A DNA stretch of 64,000 bases from Nannocystales bacterium (GTDB lineage: Bacteria > Myxococcota_A > Polyangia > Nannocystales > Nannocystaceae), in assembly GCA_050633305.1 (NCBI GenBank), contig JBOEGF010000011.1, positions 95,312 through 159,311 of the forward strand. Reading direction: 5' to 3'. Under the pieces are notes generated by a model, which was not told where the DNA came from, ran no database searches, and saw only the letters and a program-made list of their open reading frames with translations. Of the stretch, positions 38,873-49,952 are shown one piece after another (the first letter of the stretch is position 1; every line of letters starts with the position of its first letter). Position numbers and translations under genes: made by a program.

Positions 38873-39892
38873 GTGAGCAGGGGGCTGGCCATCGCAGCTC
38901 TTGCGCTCCTGACGGGGTGCGCGAGGGACAACCCGCGCTACGGCGTCGCGGATGCCGGTTCGGGGTCGTCGTCGAACTCGGCGAGCAGTGGGACCGGGTC
39001 CACCACGCGGGGCGGTGCGAGTGCGGGAGGATCCTCGGGGGACGTCGATGGAACGACCGGACTGGGGAGTTCAGGGTCTTCGGGCTGGAGCACATCGACG
39101 ACGGGGTTGTCGAGTTCGAGCTCCGGGCTGGTCGAGCCCGCTTGTCCGTCCGACGTGGGGGCCAACGTGCTCGCGCACTACGGCTTCGAGGATCCTGGGA
39201 ACCTGTGGGTCGATGGCGTTGGGGGACACCACGGCGAATTGGTGTCCGGGGTCGCTCAATCGGTGGCGGGACCTCGGGGCTGCGGTGATGCGCTTGGCGT
39301 GGGGGTGGAGATGGCAGGTCGAGTCCCTGACGCGCCCGTCTTCGACTTGTCCGAAGGGTCCGTCGACTTTTGGATTCGCGCCACCGACACGGACGATACG
39401 GTGCCGATCCTGTCTCGTGACGCGCAGGGGGCAGCGAGCGAGCACCTGACGATCTTCTTATCGAGCGTCACCTCTTCGGGTGGAGACCCCAGCGGTCGGC
39501 ACGTGGTCGTCCGGCATCAGAGTGAGGAGACCGCGGCGGCTGTCTGTTCCGAGGACCCGCTGCCCGGTGGGGAATGGGTGCACGTCGCCTACAACTTCGG
39601 GCCTCCGCGCATGGAACTCTTCATCGACGGGGTCTTGCAAGAATCCGACGATGTGCCCTCCGTGCCGGGCGGGGGCATTCCTGCGTGCGATGGGCGAACC
39701 AACGATCCCGAGCTGATGGGGAACCCGCCGCCCTTTGTCGGGGGGCTGGAGTCCGAACTCCCGTGGTTCATCGCCGGAGCTGCGCAGAACCAGGGAAAGG
39801 CGAACCAGGCACCTTCGGCATTCATGGCCGGCGGCGCACTGGACGAGGTTCGCATCAGTGCGGTGCGCCGCGATTTTGGAGCCTTTCGCTAA
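38873..39892 (+). CDS. LamG/concanavalin-like jelly-roll lipoprotein
   Basis: LLTGC lipobox, LAHYGFE, GSVDFWI, GEWVHVA, LFIDG, GALDEVRIS. Confidence 0.8.
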   Translation: MSRGLAIAALALLTGCARDNPRYGVADAGSGSSSNSASSGTGSTTRGGASAGGSSGDVDGTTGLGSSGSSGWSTSTTGLSSSSSGLVEPACPSDVGANVLAHYGFEDPGNLWVDGVGGHHGELVSGVAQSVAGPRGCGDALGVGVEMAGRVPDAPVFDLSEGSVDFWIRATDTDDTVPILSRDAQGAASEHLTIFLSSVTSSGGDPSGRHVVVRHQSEETAAAVCSEDPLPGGEWVHVAYNFGPPRMELFIDGVLQESDDVPSVPGGGIPACDGRTNDPELMGNPPPFVGGLESELPWFIAGAAQNQGKANQAPSAFMAGGALDEVRISAVRRDFGAFR

Positions 39893-40086
39893 GGCAGCGC
39901 AGCCTCGGCCAATTTGGCCACGGTCTCCGCGCCACGGACAGCGGCTGACGGCCGCGAGCGAGTGTGTCGCTGCACGTCGATGCGGACGGGCTCATCGTCG
40001 CCGAGGAGTTCAGGGCTCTGCATGGCGTGACCGCTCGATTCAAAGAGGTCACAAAATGGCCTCTTGGTGAATAGCTTGCTCGGACC

Positions 40087-40695
40087 ATGAAAAACACGAA
40101 CCACGGTCTCCGCGACATCTTGCTCCTCGTCACGATGCTGGCGGGCGGATGCTCCGGAGCGGCCTCGGACCGCACAGCGACCCGCAGCGTAGACAACGAA
40201 TCGCCGGAGGCACCCCGGCATCGAGTACCGAGCGATCTCGTCGAGGCTCCGCTTCGCAACGAGGTTCGCGCCACACTCGAAACCTCGATCCATGATGCGT
40301 GGCGGGTGCTCTCCGACCACGGGGCACTTCCGAGCTATGCCGCAGGCATTCAAGACGTCACCGTCGCCGACGGGTGTTCAGACGAAGACGGAGGCGGCAT
40401 GGGTTGTCAGCGAACCTGCCTGTTCAAGGAAGGGCCTCCCGTGACGGAGGAGGTCGTCTTCATCGAGGAGCCGTACGTCCTCGCCATGCGAGGTGTCGGC
40501 GAAAACTCCTATCAGCTCACGAACGATCTCACGCTGGTCACGCTCGCGGACCTCGGCAACGGGAAGACCGAGGTCCTATTCAGGATGTACTTTGACCATC
40601 CTGAACCATCGACGATGGCCGCGGCAACCGAGCAGGGTTTTCGTGGGATGGGGGACGGACTCGTGCGCCGCTTCGGAGGGCGTGTTCATCCATAG
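40087..40695 (+). CDS. SRPBCC (polyketide cyclase-like) lipoprotein
   Basis: LAGGC lipobox, AWRVLSDH..LPSY, GMGCQRTC.F..G...EEV. Confidence 0.7.
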   Translation: MKNTNHGLRDILLLVTMLAGGCSGAASDRTATRSVDNESPEAPRHRVPSDLVEAPLRNEVRATLETSIHDAWRVLSDHGALPSYAAGIQDVTVADGCSDEDGGGMGCQRTCLFKEGPPVTEEVVFIEEPYVLAMRGVGENSYQLTNDLTLVTLADLGNGKTEVLFRMYFDHPEPSTMAAATEQGFRGMGDGLVRRFGGRVHP

Positions 40696-41184
40696 GTTCT
40701 GTCGTGACTGTCGTGTGTTGCCAGAGGCCGGACCTTGAAGCAGGACGACGCTTGTCGTCCCACAGGCCCGACGCGACCCGTCTCGGCGTCGGCGCAGTCC
40801 GAGCAACAGCGGCAGCGACCATGCGCACCGCGCGGCGTGGGGACGCTCGTCCCCCGCTTTGCACCCGAGATGCCGTGGATGGGGAGCGCCCGCGACATCT
40901 CGGGCGCAGCCGGAGCGACCGCGGGCGGCGGCGCAGCCACGCGATTCTTCGACGGCGTCGCCTGGCGCGGAGTCGCGGGGTTGGCCCCGTACGCGACCCC
41001 CCCAGCTCTTCGAGCAGCGCGCTCGCGCCCCTAAACATCGCCCAACAGCCGCAGCACGCAGCGGATATCTACGACCATGTCGCGCGAAGCGGCGTGAGCC
41101 GATCGTCCACCTGTAGGCGATGCGCCGCTTCGCGGGCGGGGTGCTCCACGTGAACCCGGATCGCGTTCACTTCGACCTCGAGCA

Positions 41185-41802
41185 CTACCCGACACGACGT
41201 CGGCGGAGGATGCCCACCGCGCGGTCGAACGTGAGGCCCAGCGAGATCCCCAGACCCAGGACGCCGAACAACAACGCCGGAGGTGCGTTGCCGTCGGGCA
41301 CCTCCTTGGACGCCTCGTCCACGCTGGGCGCACTCACCTGCACGTGCACCTCGAGGTCCGTGACGCCCACGGCCGCCCGCGAGAGTTGCGTCGCGGAATT
41401 CGTGAGGGGGTCGGGGGCGATGCCTGTTCGGGACCGAATCACGATCGCGGCGCTATGCGCTGCGCCGGCTTGATCGGTCGCGACCGTGACGCGCGCGCGC
41501 TCCACCCCGTGCAAGGTCTCGAGGGCCACGCGAATCTCTTCGGCGAGGGCGACCTCGTTGCGGGCCTTCTCGCCAGCACGTGTCGGCAGCAACGCTGCGT
41601 CGGCGTACAACGCCGCCTTGTCGGAGGCTCGTGGCGTGGGTTGTGGCCGTCGCGTGGGTTCGTCCCCGCAGCCGCCCGCGGCAAAGGCTGCCACCACGAC
41701 GAGCGCGGAGACCAGCGGGCTACGAGGGAGCAGACGCACGGGGGGAGCATCGGCTGAGTCGCTCGGCGCAGCCAAAAAAAGTGCAGCGGGTCGGGGTCTC
41801 AT
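41185..41802 (-). CDS. SctJ/YscJ (FliF-like ring domain) lipoprotein, shortened
   Basis: AAGGC lipobox, LLPT.AGEKAR...ALAEEI...LETLHGVERARV.V...SAAIVI...LSRAAVG...VHVQV, C-terminal TM and RRRR. Confidence 0.65.
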   Translation of the reverse strand: MRPRPAALFLAAPSDSADAPPVRLLPRSPLVSALVVVAAFAAGGCGDEPTRRPQPTPRASDKAALYADAALLPTRAGEKARNEVALAEEIRVALETLHGVERARVTVATDQAGAAHSAAIVIRSRTGIAPDPLTNSATQLSRAAVGVTDLEVHVQVSAPSVDEASKEVPDGNAPPALLFGVLGLGISLGLTFDRAVGILRRRRVG

Positions 41803-41819
41803 GAGCGCTTCGATGCACG

Positions 41820-42533
41820 CTACGGCGGCCGCGGAAACGGTGGATCTCGGAGTTGTTTGCCCAGATCCCGGAGGATGCGGGCGTGGTGGCGACAGATCGT
41901 GCTTCGACTCTTGCCGACGCGCTCCCCGTACTCGCCCATGCTCAGACCCTCGTCGTAGATCGCTTGGACGAGGCCGCGGTCGGCGTCGGTCAGCGAGGCC
42001 ATCGCTTCGCGAAGGTGCTCGCGAAGCTCCTTGAAGGAGACGGCGTCCTCGGCCGAGGTCGCCGTCTGAGCGACGGTATCCGGATCGGCCGGTGTCGCCT
42101 TCGAGGCCAGCACCGCGGTGGTGGTGCGGGCGACGAGGTCCGCTGCGGCTTGGACTCGGTCGGCGAGGGTCCGGGTGTCGGCGCCGCCGCGACGGGCCTG
42201 GTTCTTCTGCGCGTCCTCGAGAAGCGCTTGGGTGGCCTCCAGGACCTTGAGCGCCCGCGAACGTCTGCGGATGGCCGGAGCGGCCCGCCTTGCGACATCG
42301 ATCATCGCACCACGGATCCGATGGTGCGCAAATCCTGAGAACGGGACGCCCGAGGCGGGGTCGTAGCGCTGCGCGGCCTCCACCAGCCCTTCGTACCCGG
42401 CGCTGCGAAGCTCTTCGAGGGAGGCGTGCGACACCTGCTTGGCGAGCACGTGCGCGAGCATCTCGACCCTTTCAAGCGCTGATTCAGCGCGGCGGCGTTG
42501 GGCCTCGGTGAGCGGCTTGAGTGTTTCGTCCAC
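41820..42533 (-). CDS. FliA/WhiG-like sigma-70 family sigma factor
   Basis: Region 2 EELRSAGYEGLVEAAQRYDPASGVPFSGFAHHRIRGAMID; region 4 LT...EGLSM.E.G..VGKSRSTICRHH. Confidence 0.85.
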   Translation of the reverse strand: MDETLKPLTEAQRRRAESALERVEMLAHVLAKQVSHASLEELRSAGYEGLVEAAQRYDPASGVPFSGFAHHRIRGAMIDVARRAAPAIRRRSRALKVLEATQALLEDAQKNQARRGGADTRTLADRVQAAADLVARTTTAVLASKATPADPDTVAQTATSAEDAVSFKELREHLREAMASLTDADRGLVQAIYDEGLSMGEYGERVGKSRSTICRHHARILRDLGKQLRDPPFPRPP

Positions 42534-42537
42534 CGGG

Positions 42538-42876
42538 TCAGCCCGTGGCGGTGCTCGCGGCGAGTTGGCGTTGCGCATCGCGGATGTGCTTGCGCAGGGC
42601 CCACTTCTGCTCATCGCTGAGGTTCTGAAACTGGATCCCCATGTCGCGATTCGATGCGCGCACCACGATTCCGCTGAGGGGGAGGTTTGCGGCCTTGCGG
42701 GGGAAGGACAGCACCAGCGCGACCTCCGTCCCCGGGGCTTCCCAGCCTCGACCCGCAAACCGGCAGCCGCCCATGCTCAGGTCGGCCATTGGCACACACA
42801 GCGCAACCTCATGGCCGATGACATCCGCCGTGGCGGGGATCGGGAACCTGGGGTGCAGTCGAGCGTCGGCGCTCAC
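42538..42876 (-). CDS. Single-domain PilZ protein
   Basis: RLHPR (RxxxR), DLSMGG (DxSxxG), GIVVR, MGIQF. Confidence 0.88.
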   Translation of the reverse strand: MSADARLHPRFPIPATADVIGHEVALCVPMADLSMGGCRFAGRGWEAPGTEVALVLSFPRKAANLPLSGIVVRASNRDMGIQFQNLSDEQKWALRKHIRDAQRQLAASTATG

Positions 42877-42947
42877 GGGGGGATCATAACGGACCTGGCG
42901 ACACGTGAGCATTCAACGAGTGTCCAGGTGTCGGTGCCTAGGGGCGT

Positions 42948-42998
42948 CGCTGACGGGTCGTCAGCGTTGGTGCTGCTGGATTGTCAAAATGACAATCC
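42948..42998. promoter_or_regulatory. Two perfect inverted repeats (candidate operators)
   Basis: CGCTGACG-GGT-CGTCAGCG (42948-42966) and GGATTGTCA-AAA-TGACAATCC (42978-42998), in a divergent intergenic region. Confidence 0.55.
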
Positions 42999-43097
42999 GG
43001 TTTTCAGGCGTTGGCGGTAACCCTTTGGATCCTTCGGGATTTTGCGTACCCTCCCGCCGGCCGGGGCATTGCATTGATGCTCCGGTAGCACTCCGCC

Positions 43098-43613
43098 ATG
43101 AATCGTCTTCGCTCGATGCTGTTCGCCTGTGGACTCGGGCTCGTCGCTGTTTCAGCGCCGGGCTGCAAAGACGCGCCGACGATTCCGGGGACGGAGATCC
43201 CGGATACGGACGAGAATCGCGAGATTCTTCGTGTGCTCGAGCGGTACCGGACCGCGTTTGTACGTCGCGATGCGGCCGGCGTCCTCGCCACCGCCCACCC
43301 GACGTACTACGACACGGCCGGCACCGACGACCCGGGGGACGACGTCGAGTACGAACTGCTCGGTCCCATCCTCCGAGAGCGCCTCGCTCAGGTCGAGTCG
43401 ATCCGCTTCACGGTCGACTACTTGGAGATCAACGTCGTGGACGACCGTGCCGTGGTCAAGGCGTGGATCGATGCCAGCTTCCGCCTGTCGCCGATCGTCG
43501 ACGGCGACAGCGGGATGACCCGTGTCGAGAGTCAGCACGCTCGCAAGCAGGACCACGCGATGTTCGAGCTGCTGCGCGACGGGTCCAGTTGGCGAATCAC
43601 TCGCGGGCTGTAG
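43098..43613 (+). CDS. Lipoprotein with NTF2/SnoaL-like domain
   Basis: APGC lipobox, VLERYRTAFVRRDAAGVL...PTYYD, ending L.RDGSSWRITRGL. Confidence 0.7.
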   Translation: MNRLRSMLFACGLGLVAVSAPGCKDAPTIPGTEIPDTDENREILRVLERYRTAFVRRDAAGVLATAHPTYYDTAGTDDPGDDVEYELLGPILRERLAQVESIRFTVDYLEINVVDDRAVVKAWIDASFRLSPIVDGDSGMTRVESQHARKQDHAMFELLRDGSSWRITRGL

Positions 43614-43650
43614 CCCCAGCTCGGGCGGTCGCTCCCCAGCCGGGTTCGGG

Positions 43651-45996
43651 TCAGGGCCGGTACGCGCGGAAAAACGCGATTCGGCCGCGCCAATCCTCGT
43701 AGCGCAGTCGGTGCCCGTTCCCGATGCCCGACTCGGCTTCGAGCGCATCCAGCAGCGTGGACGCTTGGTCGTACGCCTTGCCTTGCACGAGTGCGCTCAT
43801 CAGCTCGTACCGCGCCGCCCGGCGAAACTCGTCGCTTGGAAGCTCCGAGGCTCGCTCCAGTGCGCTCTCGAGAAACGGTACCGCGGCGGCGGCTTGCTGG
43901 ACGTTGAGCAATTGCCGCGCGACGAGGTAGCTGCCAAGGGCTTCGTGACCGCGCAGACCCCGGATTCGATGCGCACCAGCGAGCCGTCCGAGGCTCTGCG
44001 TAAACGTGTCCCCTTCGATGTCGAACAGCGCGAGGTAGTCGGTGAGGACGTCGGCCAGCGCGGGGTCGAGTGTGGCCTCGCGCTTGAGCTGAAGCATTCG
44101 GGTGTGCTCCTCGTCGTCGGGCAGCGCAAGTCCGGCGTCGTAGGACTCCCGGGCGGCGTCGAGGTCGGCGGCGAACATGTGCACGTCGCCGCGTAGCTCG
44201 TGCATCCGGCTGCGCACACTGACGGTCAGCTTGGGCATCTGCTCCAGCGTTCGCAGGGCTTGGAGGGCGGCCTGAGGATCCCGACGGTCCATGTGTCCCC
44301 GCGCGAGTCCCAGGCGGTGGATGGGTTGAAGGGGTTCGAGGGCGCACAGCTCCTCGTGGAGTTCCACGGCGTCGTCGAACTCGGCGCGTCCGGTGGCTCG
44401 GCCCAGCTCGCTACGGACTTCGGCGACCGTGTGGGCACAGGGCCTTTCGAACAGGCTGCCCCGCTTGAAGCGCTGGGCCTGGGCTTCGACGTCCTCGGGC
44501 CGGATTCCATTGCGCTGCTCGAGGAATTCGATCCATTCGGCCTCGAGCGTCTCGAGCGAGGTGCCGTAGGCGGCTTGGGCATCGCCGGCGGTGCCATAGA
44601 AGGTGCCCATTTTCTCGAAACCGCGGGTGTCGATCAGCCACAGTACGAACGAGCCGGCGGTCATGTACGCGACCCGGGAACTGTGACTGAGAAAGCCCGG
44701 ACCCATGATCGATGCGAGCTTGGGCCGGCGGTCGAGTGCGCCGAGGACTTCGACTTGGTCGTGCAGATCGAGTCGGTCCGAGGGGCGTGGGGCGAGTCCG
44801 GTCGCAAAGCCCTCGATGAGCCCGATGTTGAGCCGAAACCCGTCGCGAGAGACCCCGAAGATGTCGTCGCCCACGGTGTTCCCGAAGATGTGGGCGAGCT
44901 CGTGGTGCAGGACAGGGTGGGGGAACTCGCGGTGGTCGAGGTAGATCTGCCCTCGCCATGGCGCCGCGACTTGCACGGTCCCAGCACCCATCGCGGCCCG
45001 CTTCTGGTTGCGGTCGCGGAAGTTGAAGCTGTGGACCTTGCCGGCAGGCTCCAGACCCCCCATCCGCTTTTTCAGGCGGTCGTAGGCGTACTCGTGCTCG
45101 GCGGCGATGAGTTCGATCGTCCGGTCGTCGGGCGTGCGCGGAGCGTAGTCGATGATGAAGTGTTCGGTCTCGACGCGTTGCGGCAGGACCTCTCGGAGGC
45201 TCTCCTCGTCGGCCGTGAACCCCAGCGAGGCTCCGTTCCAACCGATGAGCATCGCCGTGACGGTCGAGACGACGGCAACCACGGCCAGAACGCCGCGCCG
45301 ACCTTCGCCCAGGCCTTGGAGAGGGTGTGGCCGACGCCGAAGGGAGGCATCGCACACCAGCCCCAGGAGCATGGCCGCCGCTGCGCCGGCCAGCAGCGTG
45401 TAGCCGCGGTAGCGCAGGTAGCGATCGCCCACGGCGACGCTTTCGTCGTAGACGGAGCCCGAGAAGTAGCCGAAGAACGGATCGTAGGCGTAGACGACCG
45501 GGTCGCCGTACAGCCGGCGCAACCCCACGACGATGCACAATCCCATCGGGAGGAAGGCGAGCCACAGCGCTCGGCCGCGACGGTTGGTCAGGGTCGATGC
45601 GGCGACGCCACAGACCGCGCCGAGCAGCGAGGAGAGGGCCGGCCCCATGCCGTAGAACACCAGTCCACCCAACGGGTCACAGCCGCGTTGCCAGAGACCT
45701 CCAAGCAGGGTCATGGCGATCGCGATCCCGTGAAGTGAGGTCAGCTCGCGCAGCACGGTGGAGCCGAGCGACCACCATGACGCCGAGGGGGTGCCCGCGA
45801 CGCGTCGCATGGCATCTACCCCGACCGCCATCCCCAACAAGGAGAACAGCGGTGAGAGCACGAAGGCGTGTTCGTAGCCGAGGGATCCGACCAGGGGCAG
45901 GGTGCTCAGCGCGGCGACGAGGACGAGGACGATGAGGCGTCGCCGCCACAGGGGACGCGCGAGCGCAGCGAGGGCAGGGCGCACGGCACAGAGCAT
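43651..45996 (-). CDS. Multi-TM protein with HExxH (peptidase MA-like) domain and TPR-like tail
   Basis: Several N-terminal TMs, [15 protein letters not shown]...LIEGFA, Y..AGSFV.WL. Confidence 0.7.
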   Translation of the reverse strand: MLCAVRPALAALARPLWRRRLIVLVLVAALSTLPLVGSLGYEHAFVLSPLFSLLGMAVGVDAMRRVAGTPSASWWSLGSTVLRELTSLHGIAIAMTLLGGLWQRGCDPLGGLVFYGMGPALSSLLGAVCGVAASTLTNRRGRALWLAFLPMGLCIVVGLRRLYGDPVVYAYDPFFGYFSGSVYDESVAVGDRYLRYRGYTLLAGAAAAMLLGLVCDASLRRRPHPLQGLGEGRRGVLAVVAVVSTVTAMLIGWNGASLGFTADEESLREVLPQRVETEHFIIDYAPRTPDDRTIELIAAEHEYAYDRLKKRMGGLEPAGKVHSFNFRDRNQKRAAMGAGTVQVAAPWRGQIYLDHREFPHPVLHHELAHIFGNTVGDDIFGVSRDGFRLNIGLIEGFATGLAPRPSDRLDLHDQVEVLGALDRRPKLASIMGPGFLSHSSRVAYMTAGSFVLWLIDTRGFEKMGTFYGTAGDAQAAYGTSLETLEAEWIEFLEQRNGIRPEDVEAQAQRFKRGSLFERPCAHTVAEVRSELGRATGRAEFDDAVELHEELCALEPLQPIHRLGLARGHMDRRDPQAALQALRTLEQMPKLTVSVRSRMHELRGDVHMFAADLDAARESYDAGLALPDDEEHTRMLQLKREATLDPALADVLTDYLALFDIEGDTFTQSLGRLAGAHRIRGLRGHEALGSYLVARQLLNVQQAAAAVPFLESALERASELPSDEFRRAARYELMSALVQGKAYDQASTLLDALEAESGIGNGHRLRYEDWRGRIAFFRAYRP

Positions 45997-46039
45997 AGCG
46001 CGGGTCGAACGGGTCGCGGTCGCGGTAGCATGCGGCGCG

Positions 46040-47419
<1,380 letters not shown>

Positions 47420-47476
47420 CGCGGCGTCAGGGGCCGCCCCTGGTTCCCCGGTCAGCTGTGTGGTATCTGCGAATTG

Positions 47477-48886
47477 ATGGTTTCGGGCGTGTTCCTCTCA
47501 TCGTTGATGCTCTTTGCTGGCGAGCCCGCAGACACCCTGTCGGCCAACACGCTGTTTGGCGAGGAGGTCCGGCAGGTTGCGCCACTGACCGAGCTGGAGC
47601 TGCAGCAGCGGGCGGTCGACTTCCAAAACCTGCTCGACGAGAAGGGCTTGGTCCAGATTGGTGACCAGGTCCGGCCAGGCACCGAAGAGGACGGCTTCAC
47701 ACAAAACCCCAATCCCACATTCGACTGGACGACGCCGCCGCACCGCAACACGATCTTCCTCAACTTTTTCGGCGCGTCGATGTCCCCGGGCACAAATGCA
47801 GCGCTCAACGAATCGAACTGCCTTGGCGCCCCGACGGAGTGGCCCGGGTTCGGCGGGACCGAGGCACAGGCACTCGCGCTCATCGAGGTGTTCGAGCGGC
47901 TCATGGAGCCCTACGGAATCCGTATCGCCTACGACGAGGTGCCGCCGCCGGAGCTGCCCTACGCGATGGTCATGATGGGTGGGACGCCGGGTATGCTTGG
48001 GCTGGGCAACGGCGTGCTGGGCGTGTCGTGCAGCAGTGACTGCGGCGACATGTGGTGGCGGGACGCGACATTCGCGTTCACCGGCGCCATCAATCCGAAC
48101 AATGCCTCCACGCTGGGCACCACTGCGCTCCATGAGGCAGCCCATGCCTTCGGCCTCGCGCACATTGGCGATCCAACGAAGGTCATGAACCCCTTCGTGG
48201 GGAGCTCCAACGTGACCTGGGCCCCCGATTGCGTCCCCTACGACGACGCGACCGGCGGCATCAACTGCCAGGCAACCCACGATGAGTTCTGCCCCGGTGG
48301 CTCGCAGAACACCAACGCCGAGCTTCTTGCCTACTTCGGTACGAACAGCCCCGACATGGAGCCGCCCACCGTCACCATCACTTCGCCCGAGGATGGCATC
48401 GAGTTGCCGGCTGGAAGCAGCGTCGCGATCGAGGTCGACGTCGAGGACAACCACGAAGGCGTCGGCTGGAAGCTCATCCTCGTCGAGGCGGAGCAGGAGT
48501 CGGTCGCGTTCGCATTCGAGCGCCGTTGGGACCTCAGCAACCTCCCCGTGGGCACCTATACGGCACGGGTCGAGGCCATCGATCACGACCGGAACGTGGG
48601 GTTCGACGAGGTCACGATTCACGTCGGCGTGGAAGCACCGGAGACGACCGGGGGGGAGAGCAGCTCTGGCGGTGGCTCCGACTCGGACTCCGACAGTGGC
48701 ACCTCGGGTGGCGAGTCGGACTCCGAGGATTCGGACAGCAGCACGCCCAGTGGCAGCGACACCGATGGCCAAGCGACCCAGGACGACAGCGGCGACGGGG
48801 GGTGCAGCACGGCACCCAAGGGCGGGACCTTCGGCGTGGGCGCGCTGATGATGCTGGGCTTCGGTCTCGTCCGACGCCGAGGGTAG
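47477..48886 (+). CDS. Secreted zinc metalloprotease (HExxHxxGxxH) with Ig-like domain and MYXO-CTERM tail
   Basis: HEAAHAFGLAH, VMNP Met-turn, PPTVTITSP.DG, ending GGCSTAP...LMMLGFGLVRRRG. Confidence 0.85.
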   Translation: MVSGVFLSSLMLFAGEPADTLSANTLFGEEVRQVAPLTELELQQRAVDFQNLLDEKGLVQIGDQVRPGTEEDGFTQNPNPTFDWTTPPHRNTIFLNFFGASMSPGTNAALNESNCLGAPTEWPGFGGTEAQALALIEVFERLMEPYGIRIAYDEVPPPELPYAMVMMGGTPGMLGLGNGVLGVSCSSDCGDMWWRDATFAFTGAINPNNASTLGTTALHEAAHAFGLAHIGDPTKVMNPFVGSSNVTWAPDCVPYDDATGGINCQATHDEFCPGGSQNTNAELLAYFGTNSPDMEPPTVTITSPEDGIELPAGSSVAIEVDVEDNHEGVGWKLILVEAEQESVAFAFERRWDLSNLPVGTYTARVEAIDHDRNVGFDEVTIHVGVEAPETTGGESSSGGGSDSDSDSGTSGGESDSEDSDSSTPSGSDTDGQATQDDSGDGGCSTAPKGGTFGVGALMMLGFGLVRRRG

Positions 48887-48918
48887 CTCGCACCGCGGCT
48901 CACACTCTGCACGCGAAG

Positions 48919-48948
48919 AAGCCCCGCCGAGATGAGCGGGGCTTTTTC
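48919..48948 (+). terminator. Intrinsic terminator (possibly bidirectional)
   Basis: AAGCCCCGC-cgagatga-GCGGGGCTT-TTT between convergent genes. Confidence 0.85.
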
Positions 48949-49041
48949 GTGGTTGCTCGAACGTCGGGACGCCTGAGGAGTCTCTCGGATGACCTTGTTT
49001 GCCAGAGGGGGGCCCGAGCCGCGAGGGCGCCTGGGCAGGGC

Positions 49042-49593
49042 TCAGCCCCAGCCGCGAAGACGGTTCTCTTCCTTGCGGTAGTACGCCAGGCCCTGTTTCA
49101 CGGCCTCGATGCCCTCGGCCGCGCCGCGGATCTCGTCGACGACCACCGCCTTCTCCTCGAGCACCTTGTAGTCCTCGAAGAAGCGCTTGATCTCGATATA
49201 GGTGTGCTTGGGCACCTGGGTGATGTCGGTGATGTCGGCAAACGCAGGGTCGTCTTTCGGGACGGCGATCACTTTGTCGTCCGGCTCCCCCTCATCGGCC
49301 ATATGCATGACTCCGATCGCGCGGACGTTCATGATCGACAGCGGGTGGACTGGCTCGTACCCCAGGACGAGAACATCCAAGGGGTCCTTGTCATCGCAGT
49401 ACGACCGCGGGATGAACCCGTAGTTGGCGGGGTAGTGGACCGAGCTGTACAGGACCCGGTCGACGCGGAGGAGCCCCGACGGCTTGTCGAGCTCGTACTT
49501 GACCTTGGATCCGCGCGGGATCTCGATCACCGCGGTGAACCCCTCGTGGACCGTGTCGGGGTTGTTCGGGATGTCGTGCCACGGATGGACCAT
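49042..49593 (-). CDS. ppa: Inorganic pyrophosphatase (family I)
   Basis: HPWHD, IEIPRGSKVKYELDK, YPANYGFIP, DKDPLDVL, DEGEPDDK. Confidence 0.96.
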   Translation of the reverse strand: MVHPWHDIPNNPDTVHEGFTAVIEIPRGSKVKYELDKPSGLLRVDRVLYSSVHYPANYGFIPRSYCDDKDPLDVLVLGYEPVHPLSIMNVRAIGVMHMADEGEPDDKVIAVPKDDPAFADITDITQVPKHTYIEIKRFFEDYKVLEEKAVVVDEIRGAAEGIEAVKQGLAYYRKEENRLRGWG

Positions 49594-49637
49594 GGCGGGG
49601 ACTATACGGCGCTCGCGGGACGAGACCAGTGCTGGAC

Positions 49638-49943
49638 TCATGTCCCGAGGTAGTTGCGTGTTCGCTGCCTGAGGTTGTCCGGGACGTGGGAGGAAAACTC
49701 CAGCCGCAGCCTGGGTCCGTCTCGGTGAGCCCAAATCCGCGCGCGAGGCGGGAGCTCCATTTGGGCCACAAAGTCGCGAGCATCCGAGTCGGACTTTCCC
49801 GGGACGGATCCGGTCAGTTGCACGTCGCCGTTGGCCTCGACGAGCAACACAAACACGGCGCCCGAAGAGGCTCCGGGACCAAAGCGCCAAAAAAGAAACG
49901 CCGCGAGCGCTAGAGCGCTCGCGGCAAGGATCAGCAGCGGCAT
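49638..49943 (-). CDS. Small membrane-anchored protein, DUF3634-like
   Basis: N-terminal TM, G.VP, RLEFSSHVP..LRQRTRN. Confidence 0.55.
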   Translation of the reverse strand: MPLLILAASALALAAFLFWRFGPGASSGAVFVLLVEANGDVQLTGSVPGKSDSDARDFVAQMELPPRARIWAHRDGPRLRLEFSSHVPDNLRQRTRNYLGT

Positions 49944-49952
49944 GGGCCGCGC

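Noticed and set aside
39889..40074. Short minus-strand ORF remnant and a possible ECF-type promoter (GGTCACAAAA...) before the SRPBCC gene
   Set aside because: Too short and too weakly similar to support a call by eye.
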